20,000 bases of DNA from an uncultured virus (IMG/VR IMGVR_UViG_3300000439_000022) (IMGVR_UViG_3300000439_000022); one strand, 5' to 3'; counted from the stretch's first letter, positions 1 through 8,607 are shown. Notes: generated from the letters alone by a model not told the origin. Made by a program: numbers and translations.

Positions 1-1
1 A

Positions 2-499
2 GTCTTCATTCCAAAAGATAGGGATGAAGAATTTCTGCTTAATTTCAGGGTTCGTCTTGAACCAGAAACCAAATTATGGTTTGGTAAACATAAGGATAAA
101 ACAATGGCTGAAACACTTCATGAAGATAGATCATATATCTATTGGCTCCATGACAAAGGTTTTAATTTATCCAAAGACCTCAAGAAGATGTCCAATGATA
201 TCACAAGAGAACATTATCGTATGTTAAAGAATGATGGTGAAGAATTGGAAAATATTGATGTGCCAGAAGAAATGACACATGATGAAAAAACATATGCATC
301 ATTAACTTATATTGGTGGCGGCAAGATTATGCATGTTCCAGATTTTGCTTTCAATAAATGGGCAAAGCAATTCAAATCCCATCTTGATGAAACCGTTTTA
401 TGTAAACATCATCCTGGTGGTGATCGTGATGATGATGAGTGGGGATTAATGCCAGGTGATGCTGATAGTATAAACGATTGTTTTGATTTTAATTTTTAG
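2..499 (+). CDS. 5'-truncated hypothetical protein with DUF3820/exodeoxyribonuclease X C-terminal-like motif
   Basis: The frame of the 104..499 ORF is open back to base 2 and reads ...PETKLWFGKHKDKTMAETLHEDRSYIYWL, matching the FGKHKGK..I.E...Y..WL motif; the true start lies upstream of the window. Confidence 0.6.
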   Translation, partial: VFIPKDRDEEFLLNFRVRLEPETKLWFGKHKDKTMAETLHEDRSYIYWLHDKGFNLSKDLKKMSNDITREHYRMLKNDGEELENIDVPEEMTHDEKTYASLTYIGGGKIMHVPDFAFNKWAKQFKSHLDETVLCKHHPGGDRDDDEWGLMPGDADSINDCFDFNF

Positions 500-502
500 T
501 AT

Positions 503-946
503 ATGAATCAGAAAAAATGGAAATTTGTTGGTTTCAATACCAATAGACTTGAAATGAAGGATGAATATGGTCAAATATGGCATATACCAGAACATTATTT
601 GGTTGATGAATTTAATAATCAATTTAAATCGAAACACACACTCAATAAAATCATTAATCATCCCAGGGGTTATTTGACCAACAATGAGATAAAGGTCGCA
701 ATGAGTATGTTGCAATGGTTAGGAACAAATGTTGGCAGTGAATTTTATGAGACAGCAATGAAAAAGGCTTCGGATAAAACTCAGAAGCTTGATTTTATTT
801 ACAGAATCATCAACCCAATTAAGAATAAAGCCAAATGCGATAAAAAACCTATATCAATTCATAATGATATATATAACTTTTATTATTATACTAATGGTAC
901 TAATAACACATTAACATTATATGGATCAAACGCAGAAAACAATTGA
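503..946 (+). CDS. hypothetical phage protein
   Basis: 147-aa ORF starting 3 nt after the previous stop; A/T-rich start context. Confidence 0.65.
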   Translation: MNQKKWKFVGFNTNRLEMKDEYGQIWHIPEHYLVDEFNNQFKSKHTLNKIINHPRGYLTNNEIKVAMSMLQWLGTNVGSEFYETAMKKASDKTQKLDFIYRIINPIKNKAKCDKKPISIHNDIYNFYYYTNGTNNTLTLYGSNAENN

Positions 947-1085
947 GAACTTTAAGATAAGGTTCCCAGCCGCATATAAAATTTATATGGATGGCGATAA
1001 CCAGCTTGAGATGTTAAGATGGATTATCGATAATCTTGATAAGATAGCCCTAAACACTGAAAAAAATAAAAACATCAAAAAATAA
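921..1085 (+). CDS. small hypothetical protein (54 aa, MDQTQKTIENFKIRFPAAY...)
   Basis: Hand-translated ORF below the track cutoff; fills the gap before the next promoter. Confidence 0.5.
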   Translation: MDQTQKTIENFKIRFPAAYKIYMDGDNQLEMLRWIIDNLDKIALNTEKNKNIKK

Positions 1086-1102
1086 AATATCCCAAATTTT
1101 AT

Positions 1103-1133
1103 TTTGTTGCTAATTCGTTTTGTTGTATCTTTG
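1103..1133 (+). promoter_or_regulatory. Bacteroidota primary-sigma promoter (-33/-7)
   Basis: TTTG 1103-1106, 19-nt spacer, TATCTTTG 1126-1133. Confidence 0.75.
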
Positions 1134-1150
1134 TACGACAAAACGATTTT

Positions 1151-2188
1151 ATGTTAATTGAATATCCAAAAAATATTAGGTTTGGTTTTGAATCAACCTG
1201 GAGATTAAAGAATAAGGAACGTCAAAAAAATATTGATGACAACGGATCTTACTTAGACAAAACTGAACTTACTAAGAATAAAAAGTTCATGACCAAATTT
1301 GCTAAGCTTGACCAATTCAGAGAGATTGATGTTGACCCATATAATATTGAAATTCCAACTGTTAAGGTTGTGAATAAAAAATTATTGCTTGATCAATTCA
1401 CCAAGTTATCAAAATTAATGGATGAATATGGTTATATAGAATCAAGTCGTTCATTTAATAATAATTTTGAAGGGGGCGGACATATTCATATAGACTATAC
1501 TGGTATATTCACTAAGTTAGGATATGGTGTAGAATTGAATTTGTGGCTTAAAAAGATATTTAATCACACCGATGAAACATTAAATAAATTGGGCATGGGT
1601 TCGGAACCAACCTCTTCAGTATTTTTTGCTCCATTTTCATTATTTGTTCATAATCTCAATACCTTTATAATCAATAATCCATGGATTCCATGGACATTTA
1701 ATGATCCAAACGATAATTTAAATGCCATCAATAACATTATCAATAATTCATTGAATAAAGATATTGTTCAAATAAAAAAAGATGGTTTGATGCGTAGCGC
1801 CAATCTTAGTATTGATATAAAGAAATGGGCAATAACTGTAAGACCAGAATTCGGTACAATTGAGTTTCGTTTCTTTGGTATGCCCAAAAATGCTGATGAG
1901 TTGGAAACAAACATCGATTTAGCCATGGCTATTTACAAATACTGCTTTGACTTAACGGCAAAGGGAATCAAATTAGAAAGCCATTACAAGTCATGGAAAG
2001 ATTTTCGTAACATAAGTTACCCACAAGCAACCAGAGGCCTCAGAAAGGTCTGCAAATTGCTTAAAATCGATTATAATAAACTTAAAGATACTGGTAAAGT
2101 TAATAACATGAAAATAAGATACGCTTTTCATGAAACACTTATCAAATCTAAAGATTGGAATAAACTTACGCATCAAATATTAAATTAA
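1151..2188 (+). CDS. putative amidoligase (COOH-NH2 ligase, Amidoligase_2-like)
   Basis: Ordered motifs FGFE, D..NIEIPT, GGGHIHID and R...GTIEFRFF, typical of the glutamine synthetase/GCS-fold amidoligase family. Confidence 0.7.
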   Translation: MLIEYPKNIRFGFESTWRLKNKERQKNIDDNGSYLDKTELTKNKKFMTKFAKLDQFREIDVDPYNIEIPTVKVVNKKLLLDQFTKLSKLMDEYGYIESSRSFNNNFEGGGHIHIDYTGIFTKLGYGVELNLWLKKIFNHTDETLNKLGMGSEPTSSVFFAPFSLFVHNLNTFIINNPWIPWTFNDPNDNLNAINNIINNSLNKDIVQIKKDGLMRSANLSIDIKKWAITVRPEFGTIEFRFFGMPKNADELETNIDLAMAIYKYCFDLTAKGIKLESHYKSWKDFRNISYPQATRGLRKVCKLLKIDYNKLKDTGKVNNMKIRYAFHETLIKSKDWNKLTHQILN

Positions 2189-2194
2189 TAAATA

Positions 2195-2226
2195 TTTGTT
2201 TAGTAATTTTATTTATATTAATTTTG
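2195..2226 (+). promoter_or_regulatory. Bacteroidota promoter, probably leaderless transcript
   Basis: TTTG 2195-2198, 20 nt, TAATTTTG 2219-2226; ATG at 2231. Confidence 0.7.
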
Positions 2227-2230
2227 TGCT

Positions 2231-2407
2231 ATGACAGTTAAAGAATTTCAACAAGCTAAAATAGCTGTAGAATTGCAAATAGAAGCAATCTTAAATGATT
2301 TCAATCAAGTATGTGTTGTGAACGATTTTCAACTGGAAAAGGTTCAGATAAAAACAATCGGTACTGATGAAGATAGAATATTCAGCGTAGATTTATTAGT
2401 ATTATAA
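2231..2407 (+). CDS. small hypothetical protein (58 aa, MTVKEFQQAKIAVE...)
   Basis: Hand-translated ORF directly after a consensus promoter. Confidence 0.6.
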   Translation: MTVKEFQQAKIAVELQIEAILNDFNQVCVVNDFQLEKVQIKTIGTDEDRIFSVDLLVL

Positions 2408-2422
2408 TCAAAAATAAAATAT

Positions 2423-2620
2423 ATGAAACAAAATACATTAGCTTTAGTCCTCCTTATTATGTTAATATTCATTTGGACTGTGATTTTTACATCATGCAAT
2501 ACACATAAAGATGCGGATCAATATTATAAAAAAAATATTGACTCATTGGTAATACTTGACCATAGCAAAATCCCTGATTCATTACCAAATAATGTTCGTG
2601 ACACACCTGTTTGGGAATAA
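2423..2620 (+). CDS. putative lipoprotein
   Basis: MKQN, hydrophobic stretch, then FTSC lipobox-like site. Confidence 0.6.
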   Translation: MKQNTLALVLLIMLIFIWTVIFTSCNTHKDADQYYKKNIDSLVILDHSKIPDSLPNNVRDTPVWE

Positions 2621-2647
2621 GAAAGTTATCTATTACTAAAAGAAATA

Positions 2648-2679
2648 TTCGTTTTTTATAAAAACATAGCATATCTTTG
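2648..2679 (+). promoter_or_regulatory. Bacteroidota promoter, probably leaderless transcript
   Basis: TTCG 2648-2651, 20 nt, TATCTTTG 2672-2679; ATG at 2684. Confidence 0.65.
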
Positions 2680-2683
2680 ATTT

Positions 2684-3121
2684 ATGAAAAAGATAAACAA
2701 TTATTTTGATCACTTTTTTGAAAATCTTCACCTATTCAAAGTATGGGTTATTTTTTGTATTGTATGTACAATTATGTTCTTTTTAATATGGACAAGTATG
2801 GATAATCTTTTATCTACATCAAATGCTGATAAACTATCAAATCATCTTAAAGACCCAATTGCTTTTTATCTTACATTAGGTACTGTTATGGGTAGTTTGG
2901 GAACAATGTTGTTATCTCTTGGTCGTTATGCTCAAAAGTTTTATAGAGAGGCTGATATGATTGAGCAATTGGTTAAGACAGCTAATACCAAAGAGGAATT
3001 GGAACACATATGGGCTAATGAGTTCAAAGCTCTTGCAAATAAAAGTTTTCATCAACAAACTGGTTCCAGATTGCTTGAGATAAAAACTATCATCAAAACA
3101 AAATACGAAATATTTAAATAA
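2684..3121 (+). CDS. hypothetical membrane protein (2 TM)
   Basis: 145-aa ORF with two hydrophobic segments and a helical C-terminus. Confidence 0.7.
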   Translation: MKKINNYFDHFFENLHLFKVWVIFCIVCTIMFFLIWTSMDNLLSTSNADKLSNHLKDPIAFYLTLGTVMGSLGTMLLSLGRYAQKFYREADMIEQLVKTANTKEELEHIWANEFKALANKSFHQQTGSRLLEIKTIIKTKYEIFK

Positions 3122-3128
3122 ATAATAT

Positions 3129-3464
3129 ATGAGAATAAGTGCTATATTTTGGAATATCATTTATGTTGTTGTAAACTTAATTTTATTTCTAACAATTAAG
3201 GATTATATTTATCCTTATTGTATTTTTTCGTCCATTCTTGCTTATGCTTTCGCTTTTGCTTTCGCTTTTGATATATTAAGTAGGTCTAATAATTTCAAAA
3301 ACCAACCATGGATTTTTTTAACGCCAATTGGTTTGATAGGTTTGGCTTTTGCTGGAATTTATTATATCGTTCTTTTGGTTGAAGATAAATTTATTATACC
3401 CTTCAATAAGTGGATAAATGAAATAAATAGTGAAGTTGAAAATAACGAACCAGATTATCATTAA
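3129..3464 (+). CDS. hypothetical membrane protein (about 3 TM)
   Basis: 111-aa hydrophobic ORF, closely packed. Confidence 0.65.
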   Translation: MRISAIFWNIIYVVVNLILFLTIKDYIYPYCIFSSILAYAFAFAFAFDILSRSNNFKNQPWIFLTPIGLIGLAFAGIYYIVLLVEDKFIIPFNKWINEINSEVENNEPDYH

Positions 3465-3475
3465 TAAAAATATAT

Positions 3476-3691
3476 ATGAAACACAAAATTTTTAAAGGTT
3501 TATTAACATTTTTATTGTTAATATTAACATGTTCAATACTCACATTTCTTGGTTGGATGTTTATTTATCATCTTTTAATATCTGAGTTAATAATGGTAGG
3601 TGTTTTACTATTGCGGATTTTAATTATTTGGTTCAAATGGACATATAATATAATATCAAAAGTTTACGATAATTACAGATTAAATAAATAA
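3476..3691 (+). CDS. small membrane protein (2 TM)
   Basis: 71-aa hydrophobic ORF. Confidence 0.6.
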   Translation: MKHKIFKGLLTFLLLILTCSILTFLGWMFIYHLLISELIMVGVLLLRILIIWFKWTYNIISKVYDNYRLNK

Positions 3692-3692
3692 T

Positions 3693-3878
3693 ATGAAAAA
3701 AATAATTACAGATTGGGAATGGCTCTCATTAAGAATCATTACCTTATTCGCTTTGGCGATGTTAATATCATTCACACCAGAACTACTTCGTGGATTTTTT
3801 GGCGATGAATTATATGTTCCTCAAGGCGGCTTTGTTTCCTTATTCAGTTCTAATGGTGGTGGTTTTTTTTACCTTTAA
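3693..3878 (+). CDS. small membrane protein, possibly truncated
   Basis: 61-aa ORF with one TM; ends just after a T8 tract (3863-3870). Confidence 0.5.
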   Translation: MKKIITDWEWLSLRIITLFALAMLISFTPELLRGFFGDELYVPQGGFVSLFSSNGGGFFYL

Positions 3879-3889
3879 ATGGTATATTA

Positions 3890-3988
3890 ATGAGTGATAA
3901 AAAATTTTGGAATGAGGATTTGCCGATTGGTTTGATTATCCTTATAGTTATTGCGTTAGCGATATACCTATCATTCTCAACTATATGA
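3890..3988 (+). CDS. single-TM microprotein (32 aa, MSDKKFWNEDLPIGLIILIVIALAIYLSFSTI)
   Basis: ATGA overlap with the next gene; paralog at 6201-6314. Confidence 0.65.
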   Translation: MSDKKFWNEDLPIGLIILIVIALAIYLSFSTI

Positions 3989-4278
3989 ATATAATTAACA
4001 ATCAAAATATTGTCGATAAAACGCCTGTTATTACGGTTTTTTTATTGGAGGGTGCAAACATATCCCAGATACATAGAATGTGGACAGAACACAGTGCAAA
4101 TGGGCAATCCTTGCAAGGTTGGATATTTGTTACCATAGCTCTTATACTTTGGGCAAACTTTTATAGGGTGTGTTGTAAAGACCAAAAATGGGCATATTAT
4201 ACCACATTATTCGGAATATTTATAAATTTATTGTTAGTATTAACAGTAATATATTTTAGATACATACATCACCAATGA
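3985..4278 (+). CDS. PQ-loop/SemiSWEET-like 3-TM membrane protein
   Basis: ISQIHRMWTEHSANGQS resembles the PQ-loop signature xPQIx+...SAxGxS (P replaced by S); three TM segments; 97 aa. Confidence 0.55.
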   Translation: MNIINNQNIVDKTPVITVFLLEGANISQIHRMWTEHSANGQSLQGWIFVTIALILWANFYRVCCKDQKWAYYTTLFGIFINLLLVLTVIYFRYIHHQ

Positions 4279-4310
4279 ACTTATTCTAAGTTCTAAAAAT
4301 TATATAATTT

Positions 4311-4484
4311 ATGATATTTTTATTCCGTTGGTTTAAAAGATTGCTTGGCTTGATACTATTTGTTTGATTTGTTTTTGAGGCAATGTTATATGTTTTAACA
4401 TTAGGTATTTACGATCCATGGGATTTTTATGGCAATCCAGATTCAAAATTATTTAGATTGGCATTAAAACTTTTGGAAAGTTAA
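4311..4484 (+). pseudogene. small membrane protein interrupted by an in-frame TGA
   Basis: MIFLFRWFKRLLGLILFV*FVFEAMLYVLTLGIYDPWDFYGNPDSKLFRLALKLLES; TGA at 4365-4367 inside a continuous hydrophobic segment. Confidence 0.45.
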
Positions 4485-4503
4485 ATTAGTTTCCATATCT
4501 TTG
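4472..4503 (+). promoter_or_regulatory. Bacteroidota promoter, probably leaderless transcript
   Basis: TTTG 4472-4475, 20 nt, TATCTTTG 4496-4503; ATG at 4508. Confidence 0.75.
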
Positions 4504-4507
4504 TATT

Positions 4508-4678
4508 ATGAACGCAACAGAATATGAAAAGCGCAGAGATTACTTTTTAAAAGTTATGCGCAAACAAAATGCCATGTGGGAACGCAATATTGAAATGGAA
4601 GAAAAGGCCAGGAAACCACTTAGACAAAAAACATCGTCTGATATTCATAAACGTGTACCAACCAAAAGGTTTGTATGA
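4508..4678 (+). CDS. small basic hypothetical protein (56 aa, MNATEYEKRRDYFLKVM...)
   Basis: Hand-translated ORF directly after a consensus promoter. Confidence 0.6.
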   Translation: MNATEYEKRRDYFLKVMRKQNAMWERNIEMEEKARKPLRQKTSSDIHKRVPTKRFV

Positions 4679-4766
4679 TTAACATTAATACTAAAACAAG
4701 ACGTGATTTTGTTTCACCTGCATATACAACAAACTGGAATGAATTACCAATAGCATTTTAAAAGAT

Positions 4767-5033
4767 ATGGAATTTAATAAACTACAACGATTCGGAAACG
4801 ATCCAAAGATACCAACAGAGTTGCCAATATATCAAAAGAATATTATTGAAGCAATGCGCAACGGTAGTTTCATTTGGCAAGATGATTTTGATAAAGTCAC
4901 CTACCATATCAGAATTGGTAAAAAAATTCATACTTTGATTGAACCATTAATATGCACATTGATTTTCAGGAATCTAATATCCGATATTGATTATTCACTC
5001 ACTGAATATGGCGAAAAAGTTAAATTAATTTAA
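4767..5033 (+). CDS. hypothetical protein, possible winged-helix fold
   Basis: 88-aa ORF; C-terminal YSLTEYG resembles the wHTH wing Y.LT..G. Confidence 0.55.
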   Translation: MEFNKLQRFGNDPKIPTELPIYQKNIIEAMRNGSFIWQDDFDKVTYHIRIGKKIHTLIEPLICTLIFRNLISDIDYSLTEYGEKVKLI

Positions 5034-5044
5034 TAATAAATAAT

Positions 5045-5326
5045 ATGACATTAGAATCAATTAATAAACAAATCCAAGAATTGGAAGCTAAGAAAAAAGA
5101 ACTCTTAGAACAACTTGAATACGTTAAAAAGTTAAGCCCAGCTCAACGTCTGGCTGACCTGCTTCATTCAAAACAATGTCATTTTGCACACGAAGACCAA
5201 TGCGGTTGGTTTTATGAATCATGGGACAACCCAGGTTATTCTCGCAATGAATACCTTTCAAAAGCAAATAAAATGCTAAGGGAATTTGATTTCGATACCT
5301 GCTGTAAAATGGTCAACTTCGTTTAA
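5045..5326 (+). CDS. hypothetical phage protein (coiled coil plus His/Cys motif)
   Basis: 93 aa; LADLLHSKQCHFAHEDQCGWFYE may bind metal. Confidence 0.7.
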   Translation: MTLESINKQIQELEAKKKELLEQLEYVKKLSPAQRLADLLHSKQCHFAHEDQCGWFYESWDNPGYSRNEYLSKANKMLREFDFDTCCKMVNFV

Positions 5327-5328
5327 TC

Positions 5329-5526
5329 ATGACAGAACTTCAAACATTAAAAGAGGCTGAGATTATTCTTGCTGGTAATTATTGGGAAAACTTTAAATTT
5401 CAAAAGGATATTGCTATGTTCATGGGTGGTAATCACCCACGATTATTGAAACTTATTGATGAAACCAATAAAATACAAAAGGAGTGGCATGAAATAAAAG
5501 CAAAGATTGCTGCTCTTGAAAAATAA
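5329..5526 (+). CDS. hypothetical protein
   Basis: 65-aa ORF starting 2 nt after the previous stop. Confidence 0.65.
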   Translation: MTELQTLKEAEIILAGNYWENFKFQKDIAMFMGGNHPRLLKLIDETNKIQKEWHEIKAKIAALEK

Positions 5527-5527
5527 A

Positions 5528-5559
5528 TTTGGTTGTTCCAAAATTGTTTCATATCTTTA
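5528..5559 (+). promoter_or_regulatory. Bacteroidota promoter variant
   Basis: TTTG 5528-5531, 20 nt, TATCTTTA 5552-5559. Confidence 0.6.
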
Positions 5560-5578
5560 TGTTCTCAAACAAAATCTT

Positions 5579-5905
5579 ATGAACATATCAAACAATACAA
5601 CAACCGAAACTTGGTTAGATACATTCGTAAAAGCAACCTATAAAGGTTGGGAATGTTATATGGACTTCAATGGTGTTATGACCTGGTGGTGCAATGGCGC
5701 TCCAGGTTTTTGCCTTTTGGCAACTCCTGATTGGATCGGTTGTGGTTTCACACCAGTTGATTATACAACAGATTTGGATTATTATAATCTTGGAAAGATT
5801 GATAAATCAGACTTTAAAGACTTCACCGAATATGCCCAAGCAATTGAACCTTATCTTAATATCTTTTTAACTGAGGATGAAACAAACGATTTTTTAAATC
5901 ATTAA
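5579..5905 (+). CDS. hypothetical protein
   Basis: Track ORF 5507..5905; start moved to ATG 5579 (MNISNN) downstream of the promoter. Confidence 0.65.
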   Translation: MNISNNTTTETWLDTFVKATYKGWECYMDFNGVMTWWCNGAPGFCLLATPDWIGCGFTPVDYTTDLDYYNLGKIDKSDFKDFTEYAQAIEPYLNIFLTEDETNDFLNH

Positions 5906-5907
5906 AA

Positions 5908-6204
5908 ATGAACAAAAATAAACTTATTGCCAAATTTATGGGTTACATCACCGATGATACCCTTCTTGATAATTTTGATGAAACATATCCTGTACATAAG
6001 GATTGGAATCTATTATTTACTGTATTAGAAAAAATTGAATCACTTGGTTATCATCCAACTATATCAAAGCGACAATTCCAAGTATATTCATCAAACTGGA
6101 AAATGATAATTGATTCAGATTTTTATGATTCTTTCTTGGAAAATGCCTATCATGGTGTTAATGCCTTTATTAAATTTTATAACGAAAAAAATGGTTCCAT
6201 ATGA
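5908..6204 (+). CDS. phage protein, ABA-sandwich-like
   Basis: NKLIAKFMG ... HKDWNLLFTVLEKIE pattern recalled from Bacteroidota phage proteins. Confidence 0.5.
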   Translation: MNKNKLIAKFMGYITDDTLLDNFDETYPVHKDWNLLFTVLEKIESLGYHPTISKRQFQVYSSNWKMIIDSDFYDSFLENAYHGVNAFIKFYNEKNGSI

Positions 6205-6314
6205 GAAAATCTCGATTCTGGCTTGAAGACTTGCCACTTGCATTATTATATATAATGTTTTTTGTTTGTATATTCTTATTTGGATATCTAACCTTCACAT
6301 CACTTATTAATTAA
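6201..6314 (+). CDS. single-TM microprotein (37 aa, MRKSRFWLEDLPLALLYIMFFVCIFLFGYLTFTSLIN)
   Basis: ATGA overlap with the previous gene; paralog of 3890-3988. Confidence 0.65.
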   Translation: MRKSRFWLEDLPLALLYIMFFVCIFLFGYLTFTSLIN

Positions 6315-6330
6315 TATAAAATATAATAAT

Positions 6331-6897
6331 ATGTCAGATTTATTAAAATTGGTAAAATTTTGCTTAAACGATAAAGATTTTTATTTATCAAAATCAAAAA
6401 AGAAATCTATTAAACGTTATTTTGTAGATGATTACGGTTCAGATGCGATTAGATGTGATATAGATTTTGATTCTATTCAACCAACTATTAAAAACAAATA
6501 TATCTTAGATTTAAAATCTAAAATGTATCAATCAATCAGAAAGACATTTGATTTATCTAAAAGATTATCACCAGAGTCTTGTTTAGAAATAAATTTTGAA
6601 GATCAGCCGCCAATCAATATATTTGATGCCTTTAAAGTTAACGAGAGTAAACCATTTGATGCTAAATTTACCATAGATAAAAAATTCCCTTTCTTTAAGA
6701 AAGAAATCGAATATACATTTAACTATGTTGCAAATTTCGTGGTTAAGAAATATTATATATCTTGCGGTTCAATTAAAGAAGAAATAACACATGAACAATT
6801 TTTAGAATTGGTCAAATTATTTGAAGATAATAAGAAAATACTTCGAGAAGAGGCTGATAGGGAAAAAATTAGCAAAAGACTAAGCAATTATCAATAA
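6331..6897 (+). CDS. hypothetical protein, paralog of 8772..9395
   Basis: Shared FCLNDKxFY, IQP, INFxDxPP, YTFNY and RLSxY motifs. Confidence 0.8.
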   Translation: MSDLLKLVKFCLNDKDFYLSKSKKKSIKRYFVDDYGSDAIRCDIDFDSIQPTIKNKYILDLKSKMYQSIRKTFDLSKRLSPESCLEINFEDQPPINIFDAFKVNESKPFDAKFTIDKKFPFFKKEIEYTFNYVANFVVKKYYISCGSIKEEITHEQFLELVKLFEDNKKILREEADREKISKRLSNYQ

Positions 6898-6907
6898 CAT
6901 TACATAA

Positions 6908-7420
6908 ATGTCCAATATCAAAATTTTCAATTTATTAGGTATACGCCATACTGGTGAGGTATTATACTCTGATGATAAAAGATTCTATTGTTATGAGGAT
7001 ATTATCGTTGATTTGCATAATAAAAAATCAATACAATTAACAGAGTTAACACCAACTAATCTACTATCCAAACAACTTGGATTGGATTTAGAATACATTA
7101 TTGTTTATGTTGAAAATGATTTCGATAGTGAACTTTGTAACGGACAAGACGGTATTCGTTATGGTGCTTATAACCGTCTTGTATTTAAATTGGATGATTT
7201 TGAAATAGAGATTAATGAACATCCAAATGGTCAAAAATATTACATTCATTATAATGATAGTTATAATAAAAATATTAAACCAACAACTATAAGATTTGTG
7301 TGTTATAAGTGGGAAGAAAATATTTGGATCAAAGAAATAATCTTTGATTTATATAGTGAAAAAATAAATTATAAAAAATATCCAGATTTGATTAAAAGAA
7401 ATATCAATAGATATCAATAA
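6908..7420 (+). CDS. hypothetical protein
   Basis: 170-aa ORF, convergent with the next gene. Confidence 0.65.
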   Translation: MSNIKIFNLLGIRHTGEVLYSDDKRFYCYEDIIVDLHNKKSIQLTELTPTNLLSKQLGLDLEYIIVYVENDFDSELCNGQDGIRYGAYNRLVFKLDDFEIEINEHPNGQKYYIHYNDSYNKNIKPTTIRFVCYKWEENIWIKEIIFDLYSEKINYKKYPDLIKRNINRYQ

Positions 7421-8607
7421 TTAATCATATCTTTCATTCTATCCAAAGACTCATTCAAAGACTCATTAGATTTCTTACCCCATTTGCTACCCTTTTTAGG
7501 CGTACCACAAGATGCTGGTGTTGGTCTGCAAGCTGGATATTTTCTATTCTCTCCAGGTTTTCTACCACAGGCTTTGCAGGTCTTTCTTCCAGATGGATTA
7601 GTTTTGCATGTATTACAATCAACCCAACCTTTTGATCCTCCGCCACCTTTTCTTGAAAACCAACCATGTAAACCCTGGGATTTCTCCTTTGAATAATCCG
7701 TTTTCTTTGCTTCATCCATATCATTCAATTCGGTTGTATCATCGATAAGATATTGATTTGCCTTTTCAAAATTGAATATTACATATTCATAATGTCCTTG
7801 CTGCATACCATCATAACCTAACTTTAAAATAAGCTCCGACCAAAGTTTATCTGTATCCCAGCTTATTTTATTACTAAATATTCTCCACCCATACCATATA
7901 GATTCACGACCAATCAATTTTTTAAAAATATCAGCAATAAAATCATACATAGAACCTAAATGGATATTAATATCCATGGTTTCTTTTGCTATTTGTTCGA
8001 TATTATTTACTAATGTTTCATCTATCTTATCATTTAAATCTAAAATATTAAGATTAGATATATCTAATTTAGTAATTTCTTTACCGTAGTCTTTAGCTTT
8101 ATATACGCTCGATGAAAAATATGTACCCCAACCTAAATTAGCTCTTAACCCACCTCTAATAGAATCAGGATCCAATTTGGTAATTTTTTTGTCACCACCG
8201 TGATATACAATTTCAGGACTTGAAAATTCAGCTTCACTCACAGATTTTGAACTGGTTTCACCACCAGCTTGTCTTTTCTTTCTGCCAGCACAATGAGCTT
8301 TTTGACTAAAACCCTTTGGATGTGAACAATCTATACTTTTCTTGTACTTTTTTGTCCATTTTTCAGCAATTTCTTCATCGGTTTCTTCCAAACCTTCAGA
8401 TTTGCTACCCCAATTGCTTGCCCCAGCTTTGCGACATTTAACCAATGCACCACTGGCATAAGCAGATGGCCATACCTTGTATCTGCTCTTAACCTTATAG
8501 TAACACGCATCCTTTTTCTCAGCAAGTTGTTCTTCGCTAAGTTCTGAATCATCAGCAATTTCCAATAATCTGTTAATTTGTTCTTCTGAAAGTTTAAATT
8601 TTGACAT
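7414..8607 (-). CDS. modular Cys-rich phage protein with a central ADP-ribosyltransferase-like (ART-PolyVal-type) domain
   Basis: VYHGG..., GWGTYFSSS..KAKDYG and GYDG.....EYVIFN (H-Y-E clade ART pattern), flanked by basic Cys-rich modules (DACYYKVKSRYKVWPSAYASG; SIDCSHPKGFSQKAHC; GLHGWF...WVDC...CGR...YPACRP). Confidence 0.7.
   Translation of the reverse strand: MSKFKLSEEQINRLLEIADDSELSEEQLAEKKDACYYKVKSRYKVWPSAYASGALVKCRKAGASNWGSKSEGLEETDEEIAEKWTKKYKKSIDCSHPKGFSQKAHCAGRKKRQAGGETSSKSVSEAEFSSPEIVYHGGDKKITKLDPDSIRGGLRANLGWGTYFSSSVYKAKDYGKEITKLDISNLNILDLNDKIDETLVNNIEQIAKETMDINIHLGSMYDFIADIFKKLIGRESIWYGWRIFSNKISWDTDKLWSELILKLGYDGMQQGHYEYVIFNFEKANQYLIDDTTELNDMDEAKKTDYSKEKSQGLHGWFSRKGGGGSKGWVDCNTCKTNPSGRKTCKACGRKPGENRKYPACRPTPASCGTPKKGSKWGKKSNESLNESLDRMKDMINY

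Noticed and set aside
4466..4480. Self-target of spacer 1 (aaaacttttggaaa vs reverse complement aaaacgttttggaaa)
   Set aside because: Short, gapped, low-complexity match expected by chance in AT-rich DNA
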